DNA of 64,000 bases from assembly GCA_046484325.1 (NCBI GenBank), contig JAWOJB010000028.1, positions 18,269 to 82,268 of the forward strand, written 5' to 3'. The position numbers and the translations under genes were made by a program. Each line of letters begins with the position of its first letter. The first letter of the stretch is position 1. Below the pieces are notes generated by a model that searched no databases, was not told the DNA's origin, and was given only the letters and a program-made list of their open reading frames with translations. This document shows, one piece after another, positions 47,608-58,080 of this stretch. Source of the stretch: Acidimicrobiia bacterium (lineage in GTDB: Bacteria > Actinomycetota > Acidimicrobiia > Spongiisociales > ZC4RG35).

Positions 47608-48969
47608 TCATCGGGTGATCCACTCGCCCACCAGCCCTCCCGCCGCCTCCGGGCCCCAGCTCCCCCGCCGGTAGGACATGGCCGGAGGATGATCGCCGAG
47701 CAGCGGATCGACGATCCGCCACGCCTCCATCACGCCGTCCCGGCGGGCAAACAGGGCCTGATCGCCCCTCAGGACATCACCGATCAGACGGTCGTAGGCC
47801 TCCCGCCCGGACGGTCGATCGTGCTCGAGGTGGAGGTCGACCGGGCCCGACACCATCTCCGCGCCGGGAACCTTGGCCTGCATCGACAACACGATCTCAT
47901 CGTCGGGCTTGGTTCGAAACGTCAGACGGTTGGGACCTGGCCGGCACTCGGTGTCGGCGAACAGAGGTCGGGGTGGGGATTGGAACTCGACAACCGCCTC
48001 GGTGACGGTCCGAGCAAGGCCCTTGCCGGCCCGGATGATCCAGGGCACCCCGGCCCATCGCCAGGAGTCGATCTCCAGCCGGAGTGCGACATAGGTCTCG
48101 GTGTCGGAACCGGGAGCAACGCCCGACTCGCCGGAGTACCCCTCGTACTGGCCGCGCACGATGTCATGCCCACTGGGGGCGCCGACCGCCTTCAGCACCT
48201 TCACCCTCTCGTCTCGCAGGGCGTCGGGATGTTCGGACACGGGAGGCTCCATCGCCAGCAGCGACAGCACCTGGAGGAGATGGTTCTGGACGACGTCGCG
48301 GACGGCCCCGACCGTGTCGTAGAACGACCCACGCCCTTCGACCCCGAAGTCCTCGGCCATCGTGATCTGGACCTGAGCCACATAATGCCGGTTCCAGATC
48401 GGCTCGAGGATCGTGTTGGAGAACCGGAAGATCATGAGGTTCTGGACGGAATCCTTGCCGAGGAAGTGGTCGATCCGAAAGACCCGCTCCTCGGGGAAGT
48501 GACGGTGCACGATGTCGTTGAGTTGCATCGCCGAGGTGAGGTCACGGCCGAAGGGCTTCTCGAGCATCAGCCGCCCACCCTCGTTGAGCCCGACCGAGGC
48601 CAAACCCTCGATGACGCGGTCGAAGAGCGAAGGTGGGATCGCCAGGTGGAACACGGGGCTGGAGTGCCCGGCGAGGCGCTCGGTGATGCGAGCGTAGGTG
48701 GCGGGATCGCGGTAGTCGCCGGACACGTAGCAGAGGCGCTCGGCGAGGCTCTCGAGCACCGCCTCGTCCACGACCGTACCGTCGGCTTCAAGCGCCTCCC
48801 TGGCCACCCGCCGGAGGGTTGCATCATCCCAGTCCCGGGTTGCCACTCCCACGACCGGGATGTCGAGGCGCCCGGCGGCGGTCAGGTCGTACAGAGCAGG
48901 GAACAGCTTCTTGCGGGCGAGGTCGCCACTGATCCCGAACAGGACCAGCGCATCCGAAGACTCGCCCAT
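47608..48969 (-). CDS. zwf: Glucose-6-phosphate 1-dehydrogenase
   Basis: [34 protein letters not shown]. Confidence 0.96.
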   Translation of the reverse strand: MGESSDALVLFGISGDLARKKLFPALYDLTAAGRLDIPVVGVATRDWDDATLRRVAREALEADGTVVDEAVLESLAERLCYVSGDYRDPATYARITERLAGHSSPVFHLAIPPSLFDRVIEGLASVGLNEGGRLMLEKPFGRDLTSAMQLNDIVHRHFPEERVFRIDHFLGKDSVQNLMIFRFSNTILEPIWNRHYVAQVQITMAEDFGVEGRGSFYDTVGAVRDVVQNHLLQVLSLLAMEPPVSEHPDALRDERVKVLKAVGAPSGHDIVRGQYEGYSGESGVAPGSDTETYVALRLEIDSWRWAGVPWIIRAGKGLARTVTEAVVEFQSPPRPLFADTECRPGPNRLTFRTKPDDEIVLSMQAKVPGAEMVSGPVDLHLEHDRPSGREAYDRLIGDVLRGDQALFARRDGVMEAWRIVDPLLGDHPPAMSYRRGSWGPEAAGGLVGEWITR

Positions 48970-49184
48970 CGGCCGATACCCCGATTCCATGCGAGACCGA
49001 TCATGCCAGGCTCGAGGAACTGGGCGATCGAGCGAACGATCGCAAGGCACTCGGCACGAACGGTTCGGCCCGGGCGACCCGATCTGCCGGTTGTGGGGTC
49101 GGGCACCTGCAACCGACGCAACCGTGGTTCGGGTGACGCGCCGGCAGGCTCGACCGGTGCACGTGGCTCCGACTCGGGCGTGCG

Positions 49185-49285
49185 GAAGCATGGATGAACC
49201 GGCGATCGAGAGCACCGGCAGGAGGCCCGCCCCGATGAACGCCACCGTGGCGGCGAGGGCGGCCTTCTCGCCGAGGATGCCCCGT
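49185..49285 (-). pseudogene. Possible remnant of a membrane protein (VIT1/CCC1-like helix)
   Basis: KAALAATVAFIGAGLLPVLS in an otherwise non-coding ~500-bp gap. Confidence 0.25.
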
Positions 49286-49508
49286 ACACGGTGAGCAGCG
49301 GGCCTCGCAGCGTCTCACCTCGCAAGATGCAGGCCGATGTGCTCGTTGGCATGACACTCGGCCCGGGAGCCGGTGCTCGAGCTGCAGGCCGGGGGACGGT
49401 GGTCCCCGCTCGAGGGACCCCGGGCCTATGCGCCCAGCTGCATGCCGGAAGGACCAGGCGAGCTCCGAACCTCCAGGCGCCTGGCGGTACCGGAACGACC
49501 GCCCGCCT

Positions 49509-51023
49509 CTATCCGAGGAGGCGCACCGCGGCGAAGGCGACGACGCCGCCTGCCACCAGGTAGCCGGCTGCCACCCAGAGGGTGGTCACCAGCACCCGGC
49601 CCTCCTGCCCCGATCCCCCGACGACCGCGGTCGCGGCGATGACGTTGTGCGGGCAGATCATGTTCCCGGCCGCCGCCCCGAACCCCTGCGCACCCACCAG
49701 CGGCAGGACGGGCATGGCCAGCGTCCGGGCGGTGACGGCCTGGAAGTCGGTGAACAGGATGTTCGAGGCCGTCGCCGATCCGGTGATGAAGGTGCCAAGC
49801 GCCCCCACCACGGGCACGAACACCGGCCAGCCACCTCCGGCGACGGCAGCGGCTGCCTCGGCCAGCACCTCGATCATGCCCGAGTGGACCATCACGCGCG
49901 AGAGCCCCAGCATGGCGACGAGCGCCACCACGACCGGGCCCACCTGGACGAAGGCACGCCCGAAGGCGCCGGTCAACGCCCCCACGGGAAGGCGTTGCAG
50001 CCACCACCCGAGCAGGAGTCCGCCCATGAGCACGGTCCCCGGGTGGTAGAGGGGGGAGAAGCCTGCCCCGAACCCCCCGGGAAGGCTCCAGCTCACCTCG
50101 ACTCGCTGGAGTCCCGACGCCACCCCCGGAACGAGGCGGGTCGCCAACACGAGACCCACCACCGCCAGGTAGGGGGCGCCGGCCCAGATCGCGCCTGGAC
50201 CTTCCGGCTGGGGCCCGGCGTCGAGGGCGGGCCGGAAGTGGCGGACGAGCGGGACGAACACGAGGCCGCCGATGAGCGCCCCGCCGAGGGTCGGCAACTC
50301 CGGTCCGACCCACCAGGCAATGCCGAGGTACGGGGCGAGGAACAGGCCGCCGGCCGTCAAAGCGGCGGGGATCACGGTCCGGCTTCGGTCGCCGACATCC
50401 CGTGCCCGCCCGGCCAGCGCCACCACCACCAGCGCCAGGCCCACACCCAGCAGGGCGTGATAGGGCGCCGTGGCCCGGGACAGCTCGATCGCCGAGAACC
50501 CGGTCGCGGCGATCTGGGGCACGATTGGCGTGCCCACCGCCCCAAACGACACTCCGGCCGCATGACCTACCAGTGCCAGCACCACCGCGTGAACCGGCGC
50601 GAACCCCGCCCCGACCAGGAATGGGGCGGCGAGGGCGGCCGACGTGCCGAAGCCCGCCGCTCCCTCCATGAAGAGAGCGAAGAACCAGGCGATCAGCAGG
50701 GCCATCACTCTGGGATCGCCGGTCAATCGGGCGAGAGCTCCTTCGAGGACGCCCAGCGCGCCCGAGGCGATCTGCATCTGGTGGAGGGCGAGGGCAGGGA
50801 CGATGATCAGCAGGATCGTGAACGCGGTGAAGAGCGCCTCCGCCATCGCCCCGCCGGTGGCAGAGGCCATCCCGACGTCGGAGGCGAAACTCTCTCCGAA
50901 CGGACCCCAGGCGAGAACGAGGGATACCGCCAGGCCCACCTGACCCGCCCTCGAGGCGGGCCAGCGGAGCCCCAGCATGAGCACGAGGATGACCAGGATC
51001 GGGAGCACGGCGAGGAGGGGCAT
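49509..51023 (-). CDS. lctP: L-lactate permease
   Basis: FMEGAAGFGT, SFGAVGTP, GTFITGSATASNILF, GNMICPHN. Confidence 0.92.
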   Translation of the reverse strand: MPLLAVLPILVILVLMLGLRWPASRAGQVGLAVSLVLAWGPFGESFASDVGMASATGGAMAEALFTAFTILLIIVPALALHQMQIASGALGVLEGALARLTGDPRVMALLIAWFFALFMEGAAGFGTSAALAAPFLVGAGFAPVHAVVLALVGHAAGVSFGAVGTPIVPQIAATGFSAIELSRATAPYHALLGVGLALVVVALAGRARDVGDRSRTVIPAALTAGGLFLAPYLGIAWWVGPELPTLGGALIGGLVFVPLVRHFRPALDAGPQPEGPGAIWAGAPYLAVVGLVLATRLVPGVASGLQRVEVSWSLPGGFGAGFSPLYHPGTVLMGGLLLGWWLQRLPVGALTGAFGRAFVQVGPVVVALVAMLGLSRVMVHSGMIEVLAEAAAAVAGGGWPVFVPVVGALGTFITGSATASNILFTDFQAVTARTLAMPVLPLVGAQGFGAAAGNMICPHNVIAATAVVGGSGQEGRVLVTTLWVAAGYLVAGGVVAFAAVRLLG

Positions 51024-51035
51024 CGGCCAGAGAGG

Positions 51036-52430
51036 CTAGGGGCAGGGGCTGCGGTCGACCGGTGCACCCGGGGCGATCCTCAGGGAGAGCCGGAAGATGC
51101 TCCGGCCCGAGTCGTGTCGGTAGTCGAGACCACCCCCCATGAGCTCGGCCAGTTGCCGAGAGATGGTGAGCCCGATGCCGACCGATTCGGTCCGGCCCGG
51201 CCGCTCGTGGGCTCGCTCGTACAGCTGGAAGATCCGCTCCCACTCTTCGGTGGGCAGCCCGGGGCCGTTATCGGACACCGAGATCACCACGCGGTCGCCC
51301 TCGAGAGACGCGACGACCACCACATCGGCACCCCCATAGCGCTCGGCGTTGGTGAGGAGATTCCGGAGGATCTGGCGGACCCGCGCCGGATCACCCATCG
51401 CCTCGGGGAGCTCGACGGGACGCTCGGCCCTGACGCCTGATGTGAACGAACCCCCCGCCCTCAGCGTCTGGTCGATCTGCTCGAGCACGTCGACGACGGT
51501 GTCGGCGACCTCGATCGTCCCGGCCTCGGCCCGGGCGGCGACGAGGAGATCGTCGACGAGGTCCGCCATCTCCCTCGCCTGCTGCACGATGGAGCCGATC
51601 ATCAAGTCCCGGGTGCCGTCGTCGAGGTCCTCTGTCTCATCGATGAGCTGGGCGAATCCGAGGATGGCGGTGAGGGGCGTCCGGATCTCGTGGCTCACCG
51701 AGGCGAGGAATCGGTTCTTCTCCTCCATGAGCTCGATCATGCGCCGCTCCTCGTTGCGATGGGCGGTGGTGTCGAGGAGAGTGAACACCGCCCTCGAGAA
51801 GTCCGGCTCCCCATCGACCACGGGCACGGCGAGGATCGAGTCGGCGTCGTACGGCTCCGCGTTGGCGGTCGAGGCGGTGAACGAGGCCTGCGACACCGCC
51901 CGCCGATTCCACACGGCGTCGAGCTGGTTCAGCCACCCCGGTTCGGAGCCGTCGTTCACGATCACCGGGTCGACCGGGCCGATCAGCTGGTCGAGCGGGA
52001 GTCCGACGGCTCGCACGGCGGCCGGGTTCGCCGCGACGATCCAGATCATCGGCACCACCGCCCGGATCGCCTCGATGTCGCCACCCAGGTACTCCCGGAT
52101 GCTCGTGACGCCCTGAGCCCGGAGAGCCTCCATCCACCGCTCGAGCTCGGTGTAGTCCTGCTCCATGATCGGAATGGGTGAGATCCGGAACAGGTTCTCG
52201 AAGCTCGTCCAACCGCGCAGGCTGCGGGCCAGATCGGTACGCAGAGCCTCGGCATTCCAGGACTCCGCGTTGACGGACTCGACGAGACGTGCCCAGGCAG
52301 GGCCGGCCCGCAGGTCGGAGCGATCGAGCTCGGCGATGAGGGCCTTCAGCCGGGGATGCACCGGCCGACCACTCGCCGATGCGCTCGCGTCTCCGGACGC
52401 GAGCTGCTGCGAGGTCGAGTCGCTCGTCAC
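51036..52430 (-). CDS. Cytoplasmic PAS-like-domain sensor histidine kinase (orphan)
   Basis: No TM; SHEIRTPLT, NLLTNA, DNGPG, GIGLTIS; start at GTG 52430 inferred. Confidence 0.88.
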   Translation of the reverse strand: MTSDSTSQQLASGDASASASGRPVHPRLKALIAELDRSDLRAGPAWARLVESVNAESWNAEALRTDLARSLRGWTSFENLFRISPIPIMEQDYTELERWMEALRAQGVTSIREYLGGDIEAIRAVVPMIWIVAANPAAVRAVGLPLDQLIGPVDPVIVNDGSEPGWLNQLDAVWNRRAVSQASFTASTANAEPYDADSILAVPVVDGEPDFSRAVFTLLDTTAHRNEERRMIELMEEKNRFLASVSHEIRTPLTAILGFAQLIDETEDLDDGTRDLMIGSIVQQAREMADLVDDLLVAARAEAGTIEVADTVVDVLEQIDQTLRAGGSFTSGVRAERPVELPEAMGDPARVRQILRNLLTNAERYGGADVVVVASLEGDRVVISVSDNGPGLPTEEWERIFQLYERAHERPGRTESVGIGLTISRQLAELMGGGLDYRHDSGRSIFRLSLRIAPGAPVDRSPCP

Positions 52431-52436
52431 GGGTGT

Positions 52437-52464
52437 GTTTCGGCTGATTCCGACCTGCGGTTGA
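52437..52464 (-). promoter_or_regulatory. Sigma-28 (FliA/WhiG)-type promoter
   Basis: TCAA-N16-GCCGAAAC, 6 nt before the kinase GTG. Confidence 0.5.
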
Positions 52465-52545
52465 GGAACCGGAGGTACGCTCCCCCCGGGTTCCGGGGCG
52501 TCAGGTCCTGGAAACCCCGAACGAAGGACAAGAAGAGGACCATTC

Positions 52546-53223
52546 GTGCCGATCGACGCCATCGCCGATCTGCTGCCGGCGGCCGCTGCGGTCGCCCTGA
52601 GCCCGTTCCCGATCGTGGCGATCGTCCTGATCCTGGCTGCACCTCGGGCACGCGCCGGCGGCGTGGCGTTCTCGATCGGTTGGGCCTCCGGGCTGGCCGC
52701 CGTCGCCTACGCCGTGGTGCTCGTCGCCGGGGCTGCCGGTGATGCCGGTCTCGACCGTCCCGCGGCAGCAGGCTGGCTCAAGCTCGCCCTGGGTGTCGGG
52801 TTCATCCTGACGGCAGCCAACCAGTGGCGGAAGCGACCCGACTCCACGGCCGAACCGGAGGTGCCGGGATGGATGGCCTCGCTCGACACGATCACCCCGC
52901 GACGGTCGCTCGGCCTGGGTGCGGCACTCTCCGGGGCCAACCCCAAGACCGTCGTGTTGACCCTGGCGGCGTCCGCCTCGATCGTCGAGGCGGGCCTCGA
53001 CCCGGCGGGCACCGCCGTCGCCATCGGTGCCTACGTGCTGATCGGCTCGGTCACCGTGCTCGGATCCGTGGTCTTCTATCTGGTGGCTCCGGAGCGGGCC
53101 GCCGGACCGCTCGGTGCGATTCGATCGTTCATGGTCCGGCATGGCTCGGTCGTCGTGATGATCGTGCTGCTCGTCCTCGGGGCCAAGCTCCTGGGCGATG
53201 GCATCGCCCGGCTCGCCCGCTGA
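52546..53223 (+). CDS. GAP (Sap/Gap, LysE-superfamily) membrane protein
   Basis: AVALSPFPIVAIV, ANPK, six TMs. Confidence 0.85.
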   Translation: MPIDAIADLLPAAAAVALSPFPIVAIVLILAAPRARAGGVAFSIGWASGLAAVAYAVVLVAGAAGDAGLDRPAAAGWLKLALGVGFILTAANQWRKRPDSTAEPEVPGWMASLDTITPRRSLGLGAALSGANPKTVVLTLAASASIVEAGLDPAGTAVAIGAYVLIGSVTVLGSVVFYLVAPERAAGPLGAIRSFMVRHGSVVVMIVLLVLGAKLLGDGIARLAR

Positions 53224-53228
53224 CGGCC

Positions 53229-54341
53229 ATGGATGCGATCCTCGGCCATTACGCAGGCGAGGGCATCGGGTTCACGCTCGTTCGTTCGGGAGGGGAGATC
53301 CTCCTCGTCTTCCCCGATGCGCCGGAGAGACACGAGCCTCGCCTCGTCCGTGACGGAGATGGCTGGCGGATTTCGGGGGGCTTCCTGGAAGGGGTCCCGG
53401 TCGGGTTCACGGACGGCGGCATGATGGCGGGGCGGATCGTCTCCCTGGAGCGAACGAACCGACCCCCCGCCAGGGAGCCCGGCTCAGGCTTGCTCGCCCC
53501 CACCTGGGTCGAGGACGCGCGGTTCACCGACCTCTGGATGTCACACCCTGCCAACGGCAGCGTTCTCGAACTCCCTCCTGGTGTCCCCTTGCACGCCTTC
53601 GTGCAATGGCTGACGGCCCGTGATGCGGTGATCTTCCACGGCTCCAACCGTCGTGACATCGACGAGTTCAGGCCCCGCCGCACCTCCACCGAGCTACGTG
53701 ATCGCTGGGGTCGGGGCAACCTCGCAGCGGTGTACGGGACCCACGACGGTCTGTGGGCGATGTTCTTCGCCGTCGTGGACCGATCCCGTCTCCGGGGTTC
53801 GATCCGCAACGGGGTGACCCGGTTCTCCCGCCCCGACGGCGACCACCTCGACGTGTACCGCTTCTCGGTCAGCTCGGTCTCCCTGCCCGATCGCCCGTGG
53901 ACCGAAGGAGCCCTGTACCTGCTCCCCCGGACCACCTTCGACCGACTGCCCCTGTACCCCGACGGACCGCCCTCCTGGGAGTGGGCCAGCGTCGCCCCGG
54001 TCCGGCCCCTCGCCCGGCTGCCCGTTCTCCCGGAGGACTTCCCGTTTCTCGACCGTATCGGCGGCCATGACGACGGCCCCCTGCTCGAGCTCGCCGATCT
54101 GTGGGACCGCGTGTACGCCGCCACGGTGGAGGCCGAGCCCGTGGGCGGGGGCTACCGCATGGTGGTGGATTTGGAGCCCACGGTGCTCGATCGCTGGTCG
54201 TCGCTGCTCACCGAGTTCCATCCGCAGGCCGCCGTTCGGATCGACCTGGCCACGCAGCCTCCCACCGTGCAGCTCTCCGGCCCCCCGGCGTTCCTCCAGG
54301 TCCACGATCCAACGGCCGGTCGACGGGCCCGAGGAGGTTGA
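53229..54341 (+). CDS. Hypothetical protein with ADP-ribosyltransferase-like core
   Basis: ATG 5 nt after the GAP stop; VIFHGS, AVYGT and EWAS motifs in ART order. Confidence 0.7.
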   Translation: MDAILGHYAGEGIGFTLVRSGGEILLVFPDAPERHEPRLVRDGDGWRISGGFLEGVPVGFTDGGMMAGRIVSLERTNRPPAREPGSGLLAPTWVEDARFTDLWMSHPANGSVLELPPGVPLHAFVQWLTARDAVIFHGSNRRDIDEFRPRRTSTELRDRWGRGNLAAVYGTHDGLWAMFFAVVDRSRLRGSIRNGVTRFSRPDGDHLDVYRFSVSSVSLPDRPWTEGALYLLPRTTFDRLPLYPDGPPSWEWASVAPVRPLARLPVLPEDFPFLDRIGGHDDGPLLELADLWDRVYAATVEAEPVGGGYRMVVDLEPTVLDRWSSLLTEFHPQAAVRIDLATQPPTVQLSGPPAFLQVHDPTAGRRARGG

Positions 54342-54459
54342 TCCCGATCCCGTCCGCGACCGTCGGTGTCGGGGGATCGCTCGGCCCTCGGCCTGGGCCC
54401 TGCAGGCGAGCCGACCTCGTGGCTCGGCGAGTGCGATCGGGAGCAAATGCCGCCACCCG

Positions 54460-54827
54460 GCTGCGCCGGCCCCTTCCAACGGCGTGAACAGGTATCCGGC
54501 CCGGGCATCCATCGTCGACCAGCGACAGGAGCATCCCACCATCAACCATGGACCAGCTGTAGACGCCCGGCGACTCCCCACAGATGGCGTCCGTCTCGAA
54601 CGTCAAGGTGTTGCCACTGGCCAAGCACGTTCCCGCGGTCTCCACGTCGATGCAATCGGAGGGGTTGTCGAACGTCCCGGTATAGGTGCCGTCGTCGCGG
54701 AACTCGATCACCTTCACCGTCCCCCGCTGGCAGGTGTTGGTCCAGACACCGGTCGGGAAGACCGCCTCGGCCTCTCCGCCGCCAGCCCGAGGCCGGCACC
54801 GACCATCGTCACCATCCAGCGGCGCAT
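54460..54827 (-). pseudogene. Frameshifted secreted beta-rich (lipo)protein
   Basis: AAAGGAG RBS and MRRWMVTMVGAGLGLA signal, out of frame with GGGEAEAVFPTGVW...IEFRDDGTY...GNTLTF...PGVYSW...VDDGCPGR. Confidence 0.6.
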
Positions 54828-54994
54828 GACGAGCTCCTTTGCCGCCCCCATCGTCCCGGACGGCGCTCTAGGAATCGTCTAGACGGAGTCGGCGCCGGAT
54901 CGGCCGGCGACAGGATCGTGTTGGGCTGTCGCGCAGGTCTGGACCAAGCACTCCCCCGGAAGGGGGCGACCCCGGGCCGAACAGCGCACCGGCC

Positions 54995-57265
54995 TCAGCG
55001 GCGGGAGCTCGGACGGCGCTCGGGCCGGCCTGGCTTCGGCTCGGGCTCGGGGGGAGGCCGCGGGTACCGCCGCTCGAGGGCGACGGCGATCGGCGAGGCG
55101 GTGAACACCGACGAGTAGGTGCCGATCACGATCCCGATCAGCAGGGCCAGGGCGAAGTCCCCCAGCGTGTCGCCGCCCAGGAAGTACAGGCTGACCAGGA
55201 TGAGGAGGGTGCTGAGCCCGGTGTTGATCGTGCGCGGAATCGTCTCCAGGCAGGCGTCGTTGGCGATCTCCTCGATCGGATCGTCAGGCCGCAGGCCGAT
55301 CCGCTCGCGAATGCGGTCGAAGATCACCACCGAGTCGTTCACCGAGTAGCCGATCACGGTGAGGAGAGCGGCCAGGAACACGCCGTTGAACGACTTGTCC
55401 AGCCAGGCGAAGAGCCCGATCAGGATGGCGACGTCGTGGACCATCGCGACCACCGCACCCACTGCCAGCGTCCAGCGGAAGCGGATCGCCAGGTAGGCGA
55501 GCTGGACGAGTACCGCGATGCCGAGGGCGATGAGCGCCCGATTGCGGAGCTCGTCGCCCAGAGTCGGCCCCACGAACTGGTCGCGAACCAGGTCCGCCGA
55601 ACCGCCGGCGGCCTCGACCGACTCGACGAGGAACTGCTCGCCGGCCTCGTCGAGATCCCCGGTGCGGACCACCACGTTGCCCGAGCCCGACTCCTGGATG
55701 AGGGCCCGAGGCAGGCCACCTTCGGCCAGGGTCGAGCGAAGCTCGTCGATGTCGACGGGCTGCTCGGTGGAGAACTCCAGCAACCTCCCGCCGACGAACT
55801 CGATCCCGAGATTGACACCGGCGACGAAGAGCCCGGCCAGCGCCACGATCACGGCGACGGCGGACACCGCCAGCCAGCGGCGCCAGTGGCCCAGCAGATC
55901 GGGACGGGCCGACTTGATCCAGTCCTGGAAACGCTGGCCGACGGTCATGCCCATCGGCCGGGGACGATCGATCCCGAAGACGCCGACGAGGATCTCGAGG
56001 AGGACTCGGGTGACGACGAGGGCCGAGAACATCGACACGACGACTCCGACGCTGAGCGTCACCCCGAATCCGCGAACCGCTCCGGAAGCGTAGAAGAACA
56101 ACAGGACGGCGGCGAGCAGCGTCGTGACGTTCGCATCGGCGATGGCGGACCAGGCTCGCGAGAACCCGGCCACGATCGACTCCCCGATCGACGAGCCGGC
56201 CCGGTGTTCTTCCTTGGCACGCTCGTAGACCAGCACGTTGGCGTCGAGCGCCATCCCGATGGCCAGGACGAACCCGGCGATGCCCGGGAGTGTCAGGGTT
56301 GCGCCGATCGAGACGAGGGCGGCGTAGGAGATCACGGCGTACGCACCCAGGGAGAGGGCGGCGGCGACCCCCATCAGCCGGTAGAACCCGATCATGTAGA
56401 GGATGGTGAGGGCAGCGCCGATGAGCGCCGCGTCGACGCTGGCGGAGATGGCGGTGACGCCCAGGGACGGGCCGATGGTCCCCCGTTCGATCACCTCGAC
56501 CGGGACCGGCAGGGCGCCGGCCTGGATGAGAGCCGCGAGCTCACGGGCCTCGTCCTCGGCGAAGCCGCCCGTGATGATCGTCCCGCCGCCGGTGATGCCC
56601 ACGCCACAGGCCACGTCGAACGCCACCGAGGGGCTGGAGATCACCTCGTCGTCGAGGACGATGGCGATGCGGCGGGCCGGATCGGCGGGCCCGGCGCAGG
56701 CGGCCTCGGAGGTGAGCTCGGCCCAGGCGGTTGCGCCCTCGCGGAAGAACTGGAGGGAGACGACCCATTGGGCGGATGCCTGGGCATCGAAGAGCGGGAT
56801 GGCCGCCTCGACCTGCTCTCCCGAGACGGCCACGGGCCCGAGCACGAGGTCCTCGCCCGGGTTCCCCGGGAGCACCAGGCCCTCCACGTCGTCGGGGACC
56901 TGACCCGACGGGTACGAGCCGATGACCGGATGGAAGGTCAGCTGGGCGGTGCGGCCGATCGCCTCCACCGCTTCGTCTGGATCCTCCAGACCCGGCAGCT
57001 CCACGATGATCCGCCGGTCACCGGAGAGCTGCAGGCTGGGCTCGGCCACCCCGATGGCGTCGACCCGGCGGCGGAGCACCTCGAGGGTGCGGGCGGTGAC
57101 CTCGGCATCGACCTGGACGTCGGGGGTGTCCTGGGCCTCCAGCACGATCTGGGTACCGCCCCGCAGGTCGAGGCCGAGCCGGATCGGGTTCTGGAGGGCG
57201 ACGTAGATGGAGGCGCCGACGACGGCGAGCGTGAGGAAGAGCCTCCACTTGGACACCTTGATCAA
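54995..57265 (-). CDS. secDF: Fused protein translocase subunit SecDF
   Basis: LGLDLRGG, IGMALDANVLVYER, LGIEFVGG, GYSVNDSVVIFDRIRE; GAGGTGG RBS and TTG start. Confidence 0.95.
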   Translation of the reverse strand: MIKVSKWRLFLTLAVVGASIYVALQNPIRLGLDLRGGTQIVLEAQDTPDVQVDAEVTARTLEVLRRRVDAIGVAEPSLQLSGDRRIIVELPGLEDPDEAVEAIGRTAQLTFHPVIGSYPSGQVPDDVEGLVLPGNPGEDLVLGPVAVSGEQVEAAIPLFDAQASAQWVVSLQFFREGATAWAELTSEAACAGPADPARRIAIVLDDEVISSPSVAFDVACGVGITGGGTIITGGFAEDEARELAALIQAGALPVPVEVIERGTIGPSLGVTAISASVDAALIGAALTILYMIGFYRLMGVAAALSLGAYAVISYAALVSIGATLTLPGIAGFVLAIGMALDANVLVYERAKEEHRAGSSIGESIVAGFSRAWSAIADANVTTLLAAVLLFFYASGAVRGFGVTLSVGVVVSMFSALVVTRVLLEILVGVFGIDRPRPMGMTVGQRFQDWIKSARPDLLGHWRRWLAVSAVAVIVALAGLFVAGVNLGIEFVGGRLLEFSTEQPVDIDELRSTLAEGGLPRALIQESGSGNVVVRTGDLDEAGEQFLVESVEAAGGSADLVRDQFVGPTLGDELRNRALIALGIAVLVQLAYLAIRFRWTLAVGAVVAMVHDVAILIGLFAWLDKSFNGVFLAALLTVIGYSVNDSVVIFDRIRERIGLRPDDPIEEIANDACLETIPRTINTGLSTLLILVSLYFLGGDTLGDFALALLIGIVIGTYSSVFTASPIAVALERRYPRPPPEPEPKPGRPERRPSSRR

Positions 57266-57394
57266 GACAGCCACCTCGGGAGGCGGGACGCGAGGAGTCA
57301 GGCTACCGGCTAGACACCGCGACGTCGCCGGTCTGCGGCGAGGGGGGTAGACCGCAGAGGTGGCGCCGCGCCGCATCTGCGGACGGAACCGAGC

Positions 57395-57735
57395 CCCACC
57401 TCAAACGTCGAGCCCGGCAGCGAACCCGAGCCGGTTCGTCCGGCTGAAGACGCCCCTCGGCCACCACCCTTCCCGCCAGCGGGAGTGGCGTCTCGTTGAG
57501 GACCACCACCTGCACGGGTCCGGTGGAGATGTGCGCCTCGAGCGCCCCCGGCCGGCCGCAGTGCCAGGTCGAGGTGATCCTGGCGGGGTATCGAGTCGTC
57601 GACGCAGAGGGCCACGTCGACGTCGGAAGGCGTGTCGGCCTCGCCCCGGGCGTGAGAGCAGAACAGGTCGGCCAAGCGAACCGGCTCGTCCTCGAAGACC
57701 GAGCCGGCGTCGCCAGAGGTCCGCCGGGGCTCGTG
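57395..57735 (-). pseudogene. Decayed MNT (MntA-like) nucleotidyltransferase
   Basis: VRLADLFCSHARGEADTPSDVDVA (GS..DxD motif with G->C) in one frame; VQVVVLNETPLPLAGRVVAEG in another. Confidence 0.75.
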
Positions 57736-57789
57736 GATGCATCGTACGGTGCCACGGCGGGTGATCCGGGAAGCTGGCAAGCTGAGGTC

Positions 57790-58058
57790 GGGGATCTGGA
57801 TCGGGTTCGCTGGTGGGACTTCCGCCGGGCACAGAACCTCTCCGCCGCCATGTACCGGTGCCACTTCTGTGACGGCCCGCTCCCCGCCCTCTCCGAGCAC
57901 ATGCTGGTCGTTCCCGAAGGCGATGGCGCCCGCCGCCGGCACGCCCACGTCGAGTGCGTCGCCGTCGCCCGGGAGGCAAGCCGGCTGCCCACCCGGGACG
58001 AGTGACGCGCCTCGACGCGAGGCCACGGCGCGGGTGGCGACGGATCTTCGGCGGATGA
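57790..58058 (+). pseudogene. Small zinc-ribbon-like protein, apparently decayed
   Basis: WWDFRRAQNLSAAMYRCHFC...RRRHAHVEC; TGA after TRDE; basic tail PRRGWRRIFGG in a shifted frame. Confidence 0.5.
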
Positions 58059-58080
58059 CGAGCGGCTGCCGGCCGGGACC

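Noticed and set aside
49055-49135. Third repeat family shared with 54915-54985 and 25115-25132 (CCNGGGCCGAAC)
   Set aside because: Only about 12 GC-rich bases match; plausible by chance
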